From Microcystaceae cyanobacterium (GTDB lineage: Bacteria > Cyanobacteriota > Cyanobacteriia > Cyanobacteriales > Microcystaceae): a stretch of 64,000 nt of DNA. The notes beneath the pieces were generated by a model. It made no database searches. It saw only the letters and a list, made by a program, of their open reading frames with translations, and was not told the origin of the DNA. The stretch covers positions 15,119-79,118 of the forward strand of contig JBGTGT010000073.1 in assembly GCA_041746575.1 (NCBI GenBank). Reading direction: 5' to 3'. Position numbers and translations under genes: made by a program. This document shows, in pieces, positions 1 to 10,758 of the stretch; the first letter of the stretch is position 1, and each line of letters starts with the position of its first letter.

Positions 1-3000
1 TTTTGCCATAAATTTCTTTGATGCGCTTCTAATAACCGTTCTGCCATATCTCGTAATGCCCAAGGATTTTTATCTTGTATAAATTGCTGGACTTTTTCAT
101 CGAATAAATAAGCGTCAGCAACCCCTTGATAAAGATAGTCTTCAACACAATGGGTGGTGGCATCGTAAGCGAATAAATAATCCACCGTAGCAGCCATTTC
201 AAATGCGCCTTTATAACCATGACGCATTACGCCTTCAATCCATTTTGGATTCACGACGCGGGAACGATAAACTCGATTAATTTCTTCTTTGAGTAAACGA
301 ACTTTGGGATTTTGGGGTAAGGAATTATCGCCAAAATAGACAGTCGGATTTCGTCCGGTTAAGGCTCTAGTGGCAACAGTTAATCCTCCTTGAAATTGAT
401 AATAATCATCGGAGTCTAATAAATCATGCTCTCGGTTATCTTGATTATGCACAATAATTTGTAAGTTTTTTAAGCGTTGTTCAAAGACTTCTGGAATGGC
501 ATGACCTTCCCCTTTTTGATCATAAGCATAACAACTCCAATTCAGATAAGCACGGGCTAAATCTTCATCATTTTGCCAATTCTGCGCTTCGATTAATCCT
601 TGTAATCCTGCGCCATAAGCTCCCGGTTTTGAACCAAAAATTCGATAGGTTGCTCTCTGATTCGCCTGTTCTTTTGTTAATCCTTGATCTTGCCAAAAAG
701 CCTGTTCTGTCTGTACTTGCGCCGCTAAAGGATTAATTTCTGAAGTTTCTTCTTGACAGGCAACTGCCTTAATGCTATTTTGAAGCAGATGGAGTAAATT
801 GGGAAAACTATCTCTAAAAAAGCCCGATATCCTGACCGTAACATCCACCCGAGGCCGTCCTAAAACGGATGGGGCAAGAATTTCAAAGTCTATTACCCGA
901 CGGGAAGCGTGATCCCAAACGGGTTGAACCCCCAACAATGCCAACACCTGCGCGACATCATCCCCTCCCGTCCGCATCGTGGAAGTTCCCCAAATTGAAA
1001 TTGCTAAAGTTTTAGGATATTCTCCGTTTTCTTGAGTATATCGTTCAATTAATAACTCTGCTGCTTTCCTACCTAAATCCCACGCCGTTTCTGTGGGAAT
1101 CGCACGAATATCCACTGAATAAAAATTACGTCCAGTGGGTAAAACATCGGGACGACCGCGGGTGGGTGCGCCAGATGAACCACTGGGGACATAGTTCCCG
1201 TTTAAACCAGCGAGTAAATGAGTCGTTTCCTGTGAGGTTTGCTCTAAAGCAGGAATTAGCGTTTTTTTCAGCCAATTAAGAATTTTTTGAGTCTGAGGAA
1301 ATGGGATTTTCTCGCCTTCGTGTCTGTCTAAATTCTGCTCAGTTATTAAGCTTGAAATAAGCCCTTTTGCGTAGGTTTCAAGGGCATCGATGGCATCTCC
1401 ATAGTTAGGTATCTGAGGGAGATTAAAAGGGGCAAATCGGGGCAATAATTGCGGGGCAATGAGATGTGTGGGATCGACGGTGAGAGGATCGAAATCTAGG
1501 GTGAAATCTTGAGCGATCGCTTGGGTGAGTCCGGGACGATTATAATTAGGAAAGCGGGCAATCGCTAAGATTAAATCGTTCAATTGAGGAGGCGGAGGAC
1601 AACAACCCAAAATATGTAATCCATCTCGAATTTGTGCCGCTTTGATATCACATAAATAACTATCAGCTAGGTTAAGAATAGCAGGTAAGGTATTCAGATT
1701 GATCGTATCGATTCCCAAATCTTGATTAAGCTGGGTTTGATTGAGAAGTTGAGTGATGCGCTCGCCGATGACTTTCAATCGAGTAGGATCAAGGGTTTGC
1801 GCTTCATAATATTCATCAATAAGGGTTTCTAATTGGGCTAAATCTCCGTATAAATCAGCACGGGTTAACGGCGGAGTTAGGTGATCAATAATGACAGCAT
1901 GGGAACGGCGTTTGGCTTGCGATCCTTCCCCCGGATCATTGACAATAAAAGGGTAAAAATGAGGTAAGGTTTCCAGGGCAATATGAGGATAGCATTGAGA
2001 AGATAAAGCTAAACTTTTTCCGGGTAGCCATTCTAGATTACCATGTTTCCCCAAATGAATAATAGCATGGGCATTAAATTGGGTCTTTAACCAATAATAA
2101 TAAGCTAAATAATCAGGTGTTGGTTCTAAGTCAGGAGCGTGATAATTTAAACTGGGATCATGATCGTATCCCCTAGAAGGTTGAATGCCAATAAAGATGT
2201 TGCCAAATTGTTTACCTGCAATAGGAATCTGGGAAGTATGATCGAAGGATAGATAGCGATCGCCCCATCGTTTCAACAGTTGTTCTTGACGGGTTTGGGG
2301 TAAGGTTTTAAAGTATTCTCGGTAGGTTGAGGCTGATAAAGATTGATCGCTTTTTCGATACTCTTTTCCTTCTGGATCGTTTGTAATTTTTTGAGTCAGT
2401 AAGTGTATCAGTTCATCGCCTGTTTGCGGTAAAAAAGATAAATTTGAAGGGGCATTTTGACGGTCAGCTTTCAAAACATATCCCTCCTGCTGTAACGCTT
2501 TTAAGACTTCAATGCAACTCGCTGGCGTGTCTAATCCAACGCCATTGGCAATACGTCCGTCTTTATTGGGATAGTTGGCTAAAATAATGACAATTTTGCG
2601 TTCAGCAATTGGTGTTTTTTTCAAAGTAATCCAGTTTTCGACTAAGGCGGTGACAAATTCAATTCCTTCAAGATGGGGTTGATAAATGACTAGATTGGTT
2701 TCTAATTGAGCATGCCATCTGGCAACCGATTTAAAGGAAATAATACGGGTAATAATGCGTCCATCTACTTCAGGTAATGCCACGTTCATCGCTACATCTC
2801 TAGGCGTTAATCCTTGAAACCCGTTTTCCCATGTCTCTAAGGTGCTACTACTAAAAATGGCTTGTAGGATAGGCACATTTAACTTTTTCCATAGGCTTAA
2901 ACCGTCTTGAGCGGTTTCTTCAAAATCCAATTTTGCTAACGAAAAACTGGTGGTATTGATAATAATATCGATTCCTTGAAAATAGGATAATAATGCTTCT

Positions 3001-3710
3001 TGAATATCGGGATCTCTTAAGGAAGTCACAAAAATAGGAATCGGCTGTAAATTCCGCTCAATTAGATAGCGACAAAGAACATCAATAGGTAGGGTATTTC
3101 CTGCTAAATAATGGGAACGATAAAATAAAATGCCGACTTTATGATCTCGCTTGATGTCTGAGTAATAACTGATGCCAATGCGGGGAACTTCTTGGGGCAG
3201 AATGGGGCGATAATTTGTCTGAAAAGCAGAGTCTGAGATAAATTTAAGACCATTTATCCAATTTTCTTGACCTCCTTCCGTTAGATATTGCCAAAATTGA
3301 TGCACAATATTAATCGGAACAGTAGAATGACTCATTAAGGTCGAATCTAGATAGTTATCTCCCGGCAGAACCCATAACTGTATTCCCCTTTCTCTAACAA
3401 TTTCCTCGATGACTTCTAAGCCATAAGACCAATAAGATTGACCTCCTAATAATCTTAAAATAATGACATCCGCCTGACCTAAAACGGTCTCTCCATAGTG
3501 ATCAATACTTAAGGGTTGCTGAAGTTGTAAAAGATTGACACAGCGTAACGTCGGAAAGGATGAAGGTAAATAGGGCAGAGCAACAGCAAGGCTTTGAATG
3601 TCTGTGTCTGCTGAGGTCAAGAAAATCAAGGAAGCAGGGGTTTGCTCGACGAAAATAACGCCTTCTGTGTCGGGTGTCCATCCCCCCGTTAGGGTCGTGA
3701 GTCGGTGCAT
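1..3710 (-). CDS. cobN: Cobaltochelatase subunit CobN (3' end runs off the window; absent from the ORF track)
   Basis: Manual translation from ATG at 3710 gives MHRLTTLTGGWTPDTEGVIFVEQTPA; the same frame near the window start reads RVVNPKWIEGVMRHGYKGAFEMAATVDYLFAYDAT, the typical CobN C-terminal region. No stop before the edge. Confidence 0.95.
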   Translation of the reverse strand, partial: MHRLTTLTGGWTPDTEGVIFVEQTPASLIFLTSADTDIQSLAVALPYLPSSFPTLRCVNLLQLQQPLSIDHYGETVLGQADVIILRLLGGQSYWSYGLEVIEEIVRERGIQLWVLPGDNYLDSTLMSHSTVPINIVHQFWQYLTEGGQENWINGLKFISDSAFQTNYRPILPQEVPRIGISYYSDIKRDHKVGILFYRSHYLAGNTLPIDVLCRYLIERNLQPIPIFVTSLRDPDIQEALLSYFQGIDIIINTTSFSLAKLDFEETAQDGLSLWKKLNVPILQAIFSSSTLETWENGFQGLTPRDVAMNVALPEVDGRIITRIISFKSVARWHAQLETNLVIYQPHLEGIEFVTALVENWITLKKTPIAERKIVIILANYPNKDGRIANGVGLDTPASCIEVLKALQQEGYVLKADRQNAPSNLSFLPQTGDELIHLLTQKITNDPEGKEYRKSDQSLSASTYREYFKTLPQTRQEQLLKRWGDRYLSFDHTSQIPIAGKQFGNIFIGIQPSRGYDHDPSLNYHAPDLEPTPDYLAYYYWLKTQFNAHAIIHLGKHGNLEWLPGKSLALSSQCYPHIALETLPHFYPFIVNDPGEGSQAKRRSHAVIIDHLTPPLTRADLYGDLAQLETLIDEYYEAQTLDPTRLKVIGERITQLLNQTQLNQDLGIDTINLNTLPAILNLADSYLCDIKAAQIRDGLHILGCCPPPPQLNDLILAIARFPNYNRPGLTQAIAQDFTLDFDPLTVDPTHLIAPQLLPRFAPFNLPQIPNYGDAIDALETYAKGLISSLITEQNLDRHEGEKIPFPQTQKILNWLKKTLIPALEQTSQETTHLLAGLNGNYVPSGSSGAPTRGRPDVLPTGRNFYSVDIRAIPTETAWDLGRKAAELLIERYTQENGEYPKTLAISIWGTSTMRTGGDDVAQVLALLGVQPVWDHASRRVIDFEILAPSVLGRPRVDVTVRISGFFRDSFPNLLHLLQNSIKAVACQEETSEINPLAAQVQTEQAFWQDQGLTKEQANQRATYRIFGSKPGAYGAGLQGLIEAQNWQNDEDLARAYLNWSCYAYDQKGEGHAIPEVFEQRLKNLQIIVHNQDNREHDLLDSDDYYQFQGGLTVATRALTGRNPTVYFGDNSLPQNPKVRLLKEEINRVYRSRVVNPKWIEGVMRHGYKGAFEMAATVDYLFAYDATTHCVEDYLYQGVADAYLFDEKVQQFIQDKNPWALRDMAERLLEAHQRNLWQ

Positions 3711-3816
3711 AAAAATCGTATCTTTAAAAAAGGTTAGGTTTCACGCCTAAAGGTCTAGCATAAGCGATCCTAGAGGATGACCCCTGATAGGTTGCTCTTA
3801 CACTATCCCTAGAATA

Positions 3817-6096
3817 ATGACTTGTTCTCAACCTCTGATCTTACGCCGAATCGTTTCTCAAAAGCAATTTGAGCAATTGCGATCGCTGTGGCAACAATTA
3901 GAGAGAATGTCTGAAGAATTGGCAATTTTAATTACGAATCAAGATATTTTAAAAGAAAAAAATGCCTTGCTTCTCCCTAATGAATCAGAAATCTTTTCTT
4001 TATTGTTATCTAAAAATATCTATGCTTTAATGAGCGGCCGGAAAATCCCCGATGCGGACTCCTATCATCTGGTAATATCTTGGGATTGCCTTACCATTGA
4101 AGACTGGATGACGCAACATTCCCATTGGTGGAATAATATTGAGAAAATTGGTGATTACTTACCCTTATTGCCAATTCAGCCTGATTTATCTCTTTTAAAC
4201 TATCTTAATCTTCAAATTTTAGAAATTTTAACGTCGAGTAGTGAAAACAACACTCCGCTAGCGTTTGAGCCTGTCGTGTCAGTTTTACAGCAACAAATTG
4301 CTCAAGAACAACTTTTAAACCAAGTTATTACTCAAATTCAACAAAATTTGGATTTATCGGTGATTTTAGATGTAGCTCTCAGAGAGGTTCGAAATTTCCT
4401 ACAGGTAGATCGTTTAGTTATCTATCAACTTGCCGAAGAATTGTCTGGCAGTTTAAATAAACAAAAATCTTTAAAAAATTCAGGTAAAGTGACTTATGAA
4501 GCTCGCTTATTCAATCGACTTCCTTCGATGCTAAACTTAAGGGCAGAAGATGATTGTTTTATTCGTGTTTCTCATTATCAGGAAAAATACTCTCAAGGAT
4601 TAATTATCGGGATTGAAGATGTAGAAACGGCTTATTCTTCTTCTTTTTGTTTAGTTGATTTCTTGCGACAATATTGGATACAAGCAAAATTAATTGTCCC
4701 TATTATCGTGGAAAAAAAACTATGGGGATTATTAATTGCACATCAATGTTTCAAAACTCGAAAATGGACTGAAAATGAAAAGGAATTTTTAGGCAAAATT
4801 GGCGAACATTTAGCGATCGCTATTGGTCAATCCCAACTTTATTCAGAAATTCAAAAACAAAAAAATAATTTTGAGCAGCGAGTCATTGAACGAACTAAAG
4901 CATTAAGGGATACTTTATTGGTTGCCCAAGCAGCTAATCAATCTAAAAGTGAATTTTTAGGTAACATGAGTCACGAATTACGCACCCCTTTAACCTGCGT
5001 TATTGGCTTATCAGGTACATTATTACATTGGTCAACGAATCAATCGCTATTACCCATCGAAAAACAAAAACAATATTTGAAAACGATTCAAGATAGTGGA
5101 AAACATTTATTGCAATTGATCAACGAAATTCTGGAGTATTCTCAATTAGAAGCGGGTAAAACCGTTTTAGATATTCAAAAATTCTCTATCCGGCACTTAA
5201 TTTACCAAGTTTACCAAACGTCAAAAGGAGAAGCTGAACAGCAACAAATTATCCTAGAATTAGACCTAAGAATTGAGCCTGAACTCGAAATTTTCTGGGC
5301 AGATTCTGAAAGAATTCAACAGATTTTATATCACTTAATCAGCAACGCGATTAAATTTACCCCCCAAGAAGGACGAGTTATTTTAAGGGCTTGGCGAGAA
5401 GAAGATAAATTAGGATTACAAGTTGAAGATACAGGAATTGGTATTCCAGAACATCAATTACCCCTTCTTTTTCAAACCTTTCAACAGTTAGAAAACTATC
5501 GTCAACGAACCTATGGAGGAACGGGGCTAGGACTCGCTTTAACCAAGCAATTAATTGAATTACATCAAGGAACAATTGAAGTTGAATCTGTGGTGGCACA
5601 AGGCTCTATTTTTACTGTTTTAATTCCCAATCAATACGAAAAACATATCAAAATATCTTCTCATGGAAAAAATCAAAATGATGCACATTTAGCCAATCGA
5701 GGAATTGTTTTGATTGAGCCTGATGAAGAATTAGCAACCCTAGTATGTGAGTTATTAACAGCAGATAATTATCAAGTAATTTGGTTACTTGAAGGACTGA
5801 ATTCCTTCAAAACAATAGAAGTGTTACAACCTGCTATTATTATGATTGATCAAGCGGTATTATCCAATACCCCCCTCCTGAAAAACTTAAAGCGATCGCC
5901 GACAACTAAATCGATTAAAATATTTTTAATTGGGAGTCAAATATCATCCCAAAACTGGGAGAATTTTGCACAACAAGGCATTGATGATTATATTTTAAAA
6001 CCCATTCGTCCTAATCTTCTTCTCAAGGGAATTGCCGCTTTATTAGACTATACCCAAGAGAAGCCAGAAATTAGCAACTCAAATAGCGATAGGTGA
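3817..6096 (+). CDS. cikA: Circadian input kinase A (GAF - HisKA - HATPase - pseudo-receiver)
   Basis: GAF (LQVDRLVIYQ...LWGLLIAHQC), H-box MSHELRTPLTCVIGLSGTLLHW, G-box GGTGLGL, C-terminal receiver-like domain. Confidence 0.85.
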   Translation: MTCSQPLILRRIVSQKQFEQLRSLWQQLERMSEELAILITNQDILKEKNALLLPNESEIFSLLLSKNIYALMSGRKIPDADSYHLVISWDCLTIEDWMTQHSHWWNNIEKIGDYLPLLPIQPDLSLLNYLNLQILEILTSSSENNTPLAFEPVVSVLQQQIAQEQLLNQVITQIQQNLDLSVILDVALREVRNFLQVDRLVIYQLAEELSGSLNKQKSLKNSGKVTYEARLFNRLPSMLNLRAEDDCFIRVSHYQEKYSQGLIIGIEDVETAYSSSFCLVDFLRQYWIQAKLIVPIIVEKKLWGLLIAHQCFKTRKWTENEKEFLGKIGEHLAIAIGQSQLYSEIQKQKNNFEQRVIERTKALRDTLLVAQAANQSKSEFLGNMSHELRTPLTCVIGLSGTLLHWSTNQSLLPIEKQKQYLKTIQDSGKHLLQLINEILEYSQLEAGKTVLDIQKFSIRHLIYQVYQTSKGEAEQQQIILELDLRIEPELEIFWADSERIQQILYHLISNAIKFTPQEGRVILRAWREEDKLGLQVEDTGIGIPEHQLPLLFQTFQQLENYRQRTYGGTGLGLALTKQLIELHQGTIEVESVVAQGSIFTVLIPNQYEKHIKISSHGKNQNDAHLANRGIVLIEPDEELATLVCELLTADNYQVIWLLEGLNSFKTIEVLQPAIIMIDQAVLSNTPLLKNLKRSPTTKSIKIFLIGSQISSQNWENFAQQGIDDYILKPIRPNLLLKGIAALLDYTQEKPEISNSNSDR

Positions 6097-6224
6097 GGCG
6101 TTTAACTAGATAAATCAAGACAAAAAACCTTAAGGTTAGACCCTATCAATCGGATTGAGTATCAAATAAAATCACCCTATATGTTAACCTTAAAACAAAC
6201 GATTATACGAGTCAATTCTAACTT

Positions 6225-6533
6225 ATGCAGTATTTTTTCTTGATCTTGGCTTTCCTTCTTTCCTTCTTTTTTGTGATCTTCGCTTTACAAAATGCAGAGA
6301 ATGTCACTATTGATTTTATTGTTACTCAAATTGAGAGTTCTCTCGCCCTTATTTTAGTGATTACCTTAGGATTAGGCATGATTATTGGTTTGTTGGTTTC
6401 GAGTTTTAGCCTAATTAAACAACGTTTAGAAATTGCTAAACAAAACAAACAAATTCGGGAACTTCAAAAAGTGTTAGATAGTCCTCAAGAAAAGCCAGAA
6501 ATTGCTTCTTCACCTGCTTCCAATCATGAATAA
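6225..6533 (+). CDS. LapA/DUF1049 family small membrane protein
   Basis: FALQNAENVTIDF motif, two TM segments, coiled-coil tail. Confidence 0.8.
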   Translation: MQYFFLILAFLLSFFFVIFALQNAENVTIDFIVTQIESSLALILVITLGLGMIIGLLVSSFSLIKQRLEIAKQNKQIRELQKVLDSPQEKPEIASSPASNHE

Positions 6534-7221
6534 CCAACGCCTAATTGAACAGCTAAAAAAAAAGACCCTAATTGTCTCTTGTCAAGCCCCAAAAGATTCT
6601 CCCCTTTACGAGCCCAACATAATAGCGGCTATGGCGAAAGCCTCCTTTAATCAAGGGGCATTTGGCGCGAGAATTGATACTCCTGAGCATGTTGCAACAG
6701 TGAGAAAAATATTACCGAATACCCCCATTATTGGTTTATGGAAACAGGTAATTTCAGGCTACGATGTTTATATTACGCCACGCTTTTCTGATGCAGAAGC
6801 CATTGCTAAAGCTGGGGCAGATATTATTGCTATTGATGCCACTTTTAGAGAACGACCTAACGGGGAAAAAGTTGCCGATCTGATTCGGAAAATTCAGCAA
6901 GATTTAGGTAAAATAGTGATGGCAGATATCGACAGTTTAGAAAGTGCGATCGCTGCAACTGAAGCAGGAGTCGATTGTGTCGGAACAACCCTCTATGGTT
7001 ATACAAAAGACACCCAAAAGTGCCAGCCTCCTGCCTATAATTTACTGCAAGAAATGGCGCAAAGATTATCTATCCCCGTCATTTGTGAAGGAGGGATTGC
7101 TACCCCTGAAATGGCCAGAAAAGCCTTAGCATTAGGAGCAGATGCGGTGGTTGTTGGCACAGCAATTACGGGTATTGATTTAAAAGTGCAAGCTTTTTTG
7201 GTAGCCGGTTTTAACGATTAA
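6526..7221 (+). CDS. nanE: N-acetylmannosamine-6-phosphate 2-epimerase
   Basis: LIVSCQA, PIIGLWK, VYITP, GTTLYGYT, VVVGTAIT; start moved to ATG 6526, overlapping the upstream stop. Confidence 0.92.
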   Translation: MNNQRLIEQLKKKTLIVSCQAPKDSPLYEPNIIAAMAKASFNQGAFGARIDTPEHVATVRKILPNTPIIGLWKQVISGYDVYITPRFSDAEAIAKAGADIIAIDATFRERPNGEKVADLIRKIQQDLGKIVMADIDSLESAIAATEAGVDCVGTTLYGYTKDTQKCQPPAYNLLQEMAQRLSIPVICEGGIATPEMARKALALGADAVVVGTAITGIDLKVQAFLVAGFND

Positions 7222-7227
7222 TTATAA

Positions 7228-7902
7228 TTATGCAGAATACTGCTGTAAAATTTGATAACAGTCTTCTACCGATAAACGATCTTGCATCGCTTCTGCTAAA
7301 GTATGATAAGCGTTCTTATGACATTCAATTAAATTTTTGGCTTGTAACAAAGACCAATTTTCTTTTTGAGAAAAAGAACTGGAATTAATATCTGCTAAAG
7401 TTAAAATTTTCCGGAGTTGCTGTCGATCTTCTTCTCCCCCTTCTGATTTTTGATAGATGAATTTTTCAGCGGCAATTCCTGCCATTAAGACGGTACATAC
7501 TCGCTCTAAAATGAGAGAAAATTGCTGTAAATTTTGACTTTGATTTAATAAAGTTTCTGCGTCTATTTGTACGCCTCCTTGTCCCTTTTTTTGCTGTTTA
7601 AAGGCTTCCCATGAAGTTAAAGTATAACCCGTTACGGGAATTCCCAAATAATAAGCGGCAAGAAAATGACCTGCCTCATGGTGTATAATACGCTGACGCT
7701 GTTCTTGTCCGGCAAATAAATCTAAAACTAGCTGAATTCCTTGATTTTTCCAGCTTAACGTATCAACAGTAATTAATCCTAAGATAGTAAATGTTATCCC
7801 TGCTGGAATAAATGGTGAAATATTTAGTACGGGACTCAGTAAAGCTGATAAAGTCATGGCAAAAATGCCGATTGCAATAAGATTTAAGGATATTTGTTGC
7901 AT
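7228..7902 (-). CDS. Membrane protein with FtsH/M41-like zinc protease motif (conserved in cyanobacteria)
   Basis: HHEAGHFL (HExxH), LMAGIAAE, two N-terminal TM segments. Confidence 0.8.
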   Translation of the reverse strand: MQQISLNLIAIGIFAMTLSALLSPVLNISPFIPAGITFTILGLITVDTLSWKNQGIQLVLDLFAGQEQRQRIIHHEAGHFLAAYYLGIPVTGYTLTSWEAFKQQKKGQGGVQIDAETLLNQSQNLQQFSLILERVCTVLMAGIAAEKFIYQKSEGGEEDRQQLRKILTLADINSSSFSQKENWSLLQAKNLIECHKNAYHTLAEAMQDRLSVEDCYQILQQYSA

Positions 7903-7954
7903 TTTTTTATGTTAGCTCAAGACTTAATTGTCGGGCAGTAACAGAAGTTGAGGG

Positions 7955-8776
7955 CTAATTCATTGTAACAGGATAATTGGCGATCATTAACTCTTTTCCT
8001 TTTTCTGCTTTTTCTTGTTTATAATTATTCATGCCGTATTGTAATTCCCATTCAACTAAATAACAACTTTGAAAATAATTTCTAATGACGGGGGAATCAT
8101 CATAGGTTATTAACCATTGATGGGAGCAGTTTTGACTAATTTTAGCAAATCTTCGATGATCGAAGGTTGTGTGTAAATCGCCGTCCTTACCGTATAACTT
8201 AGATTTAGTTGCACTATAATAAGGCGGATCTAAAAAAATAAAAACGTCATTTCCTTGAGCATTCAATATTTCGCCATAGTCTAAATTGGTAATTTTTACA
8301 TCTTCTAAAAGAGGTTTTAACAAAGCCAGTCTTTCTATAGAAGAAGGAGTAAATCTTTTCTGAAAAGCTTGAATTGAAAATCCCCCCGATTCAACAGTTC
8401 CCGAAAAAGTAATCCGATTTAAGACAAAAAAGCGAACGGCTCTTTCTAAGGCGGATAATTCTTCGACATTAACTTGCGTTAATTCATAAAATAATTGTTT
8501 TCCATCTTGATAAATATTTTTAATGTGGTAAATTTCACTGATGAATTCATCTAAATTTTGTTGTAATTCTTGCCAAAAACAAAAAAGTTCTGGGTTTAAG
8601 TCATTAATCCAAAATTTAAGGTGGGGAAATGTCTGCTTAAGATAAATAAATACTGAACCTCCTCCGATAAAAGGCTCTCGATAGTCTAAAAATTGTTTAG
8701 GTAAATATTTTTTTATGGTTTTAATGGCTCTTGATTTTCCACCGGGGTATCTTAAAGGACTTTTAATTAAAGACAT
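7955..8776 (-). CDS. Dam-family DNA adenine methyltransferase (orphan)
   Basis: SPLRYPGGKS, EPFIGGGSV, FLDPPY; no adjacent endonuclease. Confidence 0.9.
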   Translation of the reverse strand: MSLIKSPLRYPGGKSRAIKTIKKYLPKQFLDYREPFIGGGSVFIYLKQTFPHLKFWINDLNPELFCFWQELQQNLDEFISEIYHIKNIYQDGKQLFYELTQVNVEELSALERAVRFFVLNRITFSGTVESGGFSIQAFQKRFTPSSIERLALLKPLLEDVKITNLDYGEILNAQGNDVFIFLDPPYYSATKSKLYGKDGDLHTTFDHRRFAKISQNCSHQWLITYDDSPVIRNYFQSCYLVEWELQYGMNNYKQEKAEKGKELMIANYPVTMN

Positions 8777-8797
8777 TTTACTATAAGCTGTAAGAAC

Positions 8798-8983
8798 ATG
8801 TTTAAAAACTCAAAAATTAAAGTAAATAATGTTAAAAAAATCAATCATTATCAACTCATCGGGTTAACCCTGCTCCTTTTATTAACCTTACTTTCTCTGA
8901 CGCAATCTTATCATTTTGCCATGATGGGATTGACTACTTTTATCTTAGCTTATCTGTCTAAAGGCATGAGAAGAAAAAAATAG
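8798..8983 (+). CDS. Possible small membrane protein
   Basis: 61-aa ORF with two hydrophobic stretches; no recognised family. Confidence 0.35.
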   Translation: MFKNSKIKVNNVKKINHYQLIGLTLLLLLTLLSLTQSYHFAMMGLTTFILAYLSKGMRRKK

Positions 8984-9071
8984 GCATCTTTTTCGAGATT
9001 TGCCAACTCTGACGAAGAAAGACAAGAGAATTGAGAATAATTTGAGTTATATTTATAATCTTAACGACCTT

Positions 9072-9824
9072 ATGCTGTTGATAAAATCCTTTTTAGCGTC
9101 TCTTATTTTTTATACCACTATTCCTTTACCTTACATAACCAATTTGGACTTTAATCGCATTGCGCGATGGTGTCCTATTGTTGGTATTTTAATCGGTATT
9201 ATTTTAAGTATTATTGATCAATTAACCCTCTTGATTCAGGTTCCGATTCTCCTCCGCAATACTCTTTTAATTCTGAGTTGGGTTGGCATTACGGGGGGGT
9301 TGCATCTCGATGGGGTAATGGATACTGCCGATGGATTAGCGGTAACAAATCCTCAAAAACGATTAACGGTGATGCAGGATAGCGTGACAGGAGCGTTTGG
9401 GGTGATGGCGGCGATACTTGTTTTGTGGCTGAAATGGTCAGCCTTAGCAGAATTAAGCCAATATCGAGGACTTAGCTTAATCTTAGCGGCGGGTTGGGGA
9501 CGGTGGGGGCAAGTGGTGGCGATTGCGGCTTATCCTTATCTTAAACCGACGGGAAAGGGCGCATTTCACAAAATTTACTTAAAACTCCCTCAAGATGTTT
9601 TTTTGGGGTTAATTGTCTTAATCGGTGTGAGTTTTAGCTTTCAGAAGGAAATTCTCATCATTTTATCTATCGTAACTGGAAGTGCGATCGCTTTACTGAC
9701 CGGAGGGTATTTTTATCGTCGTTTAGGGGGTCAAACAGGAGATACTTATGGAGCGATTGTCGAATGGACAGAAGGGATCTTTTTGGGAATTTTTACGATT
9801 ATTTTAGCTAATTTTAGTGATTAA
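9072..9824 (+). CDS. cobS: Adenosylcobinamide-GDP ribazoletransferase (cobalamin synthase)
   Basis: TGGLHLDGVMDTADG, MQDSVTGAFGV, LGGQTGDTYGAIVE; start moved to ATG 9072. Confidence 0.93.
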   Translation: MLLIKSFLASLIFYTTIPLPYITNLDFNRIARWCPIVGILIGIILSIIDQLTLLIQVPILLRNTLLILSWVGITGGLHLDGVMDTADGLAVTNPQKRLTVMQDSVTGAFGVMAAILVLWLKWSALAELSQYRGLSLILAAGWGRWGQVVAIAAYPYLKPTGKGAFHKIYLKLPQDVFLGLIVLIGVSFSFQKEILIILSIVTGSAIALLTGGYFYRRLGGQTGDTYGAIVEWTEGIFLGIFTIILANFSD

Positions 9825-10297
9825 ACCACTTGTTCTGCCGCTTGTGCTAATTCTTGCGCTACCTTAATGGAATACGGCTTAATCCACCACCAAATCAAGG
9901 GAGATAACCAACCTCGCAACGTCACAGAATAGGAGATATAGGTGCCGCAAAGCGTAGATTCCATTTGATAAGTGATTTTTTGTTCCATTCCGGGAATGGC
10001 TAACACTCGCAGACTTAATAACTCACCCGGACGTACATTTTCGACAAAAAGACGAATCGGAATGGGAGTTAATCGTGTAACCGCTTGATAAATCAAGCCG
10101 GGCTTTGGAATTAGCCCTAACGGCACATTTGTTTCCGAAAATAGGGGATGCCAAGAAACATCAGCTAAATTGACTAATTTTTGCCAAAGAACATCCACAG
10201 GTGCGGTACTTACTACCCGATAGGTTTTGTACAAGGAAAACTTACAAATCAGTCTCCCTTTTGCCGCAATTAGTTTGAAGGAAAAGTTAAGAATCAT
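9821..10297 (-). CDS. SRPBCC / polyketide cyclase-like family protein
   Basis: APVDVLWQKLVNLADVSWHP pattern, 158 aa. Confidence 0.7.
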   Translation of the reverse strand: MILNFSFKLIAAKGRLICKFSLYKTYRVVSTAPVDVLWQKLVNLADVSWHPLFSETNVPLGLIPKPGLIYQAVTRLTPIPIRLFVENVRPGELLSLRVLAIPGMEQKITYQMESTLCGTYISYSVTLRGWLSPLIWWWIKPYSIKVAQELAQAAEQVV

Positions 10298-10758
10298 GAA
10301 CGGGTCTCCTCATCACCCTAGTATCGGCAAATAATTCATTGTAAATCATTTATCTCAAATTAGCATAAGATAATCAGGTGCTAAGTTTTCAGAATTAAGA
10401 AGATAACGATAAGTAATTTAACAAAGGAGGATTGAGGAATACGCTTGGATTTAATTTTCTACACCTTTATCTATTTTTTTTGCAAAAGGTTACTTTTACC
10501 TTCTTTTAAGATTAACTCGGCTCAAATGAATTCAAAAAAGTCAACTATAGGATGATGATCCTTAACGCCCAGTATCAAATTATACCGTTCTTGATCCGCT
10601 TGGGAAAGTTTCCAAGATTTGTTAATTTTATCAGACATACATAAAACCCGTTAATTTTAAATCTCTCCTATTGACGTTAACAGATCATTGTGATAACCAA
10701 TCAAAATTCTCAGTTGACTTACGTGAATGCCTCTCAAATCAAAAGAAATAATCCTTAT

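Noticed and set aside
29..220. 63-aa ORF in the track
   Set aside because: Alternative frame inside cobN
3711..3816. Cobalamin riboswitch upstream of cobN
   Set aside because: Gap is only about 105 nt and has no B12-box
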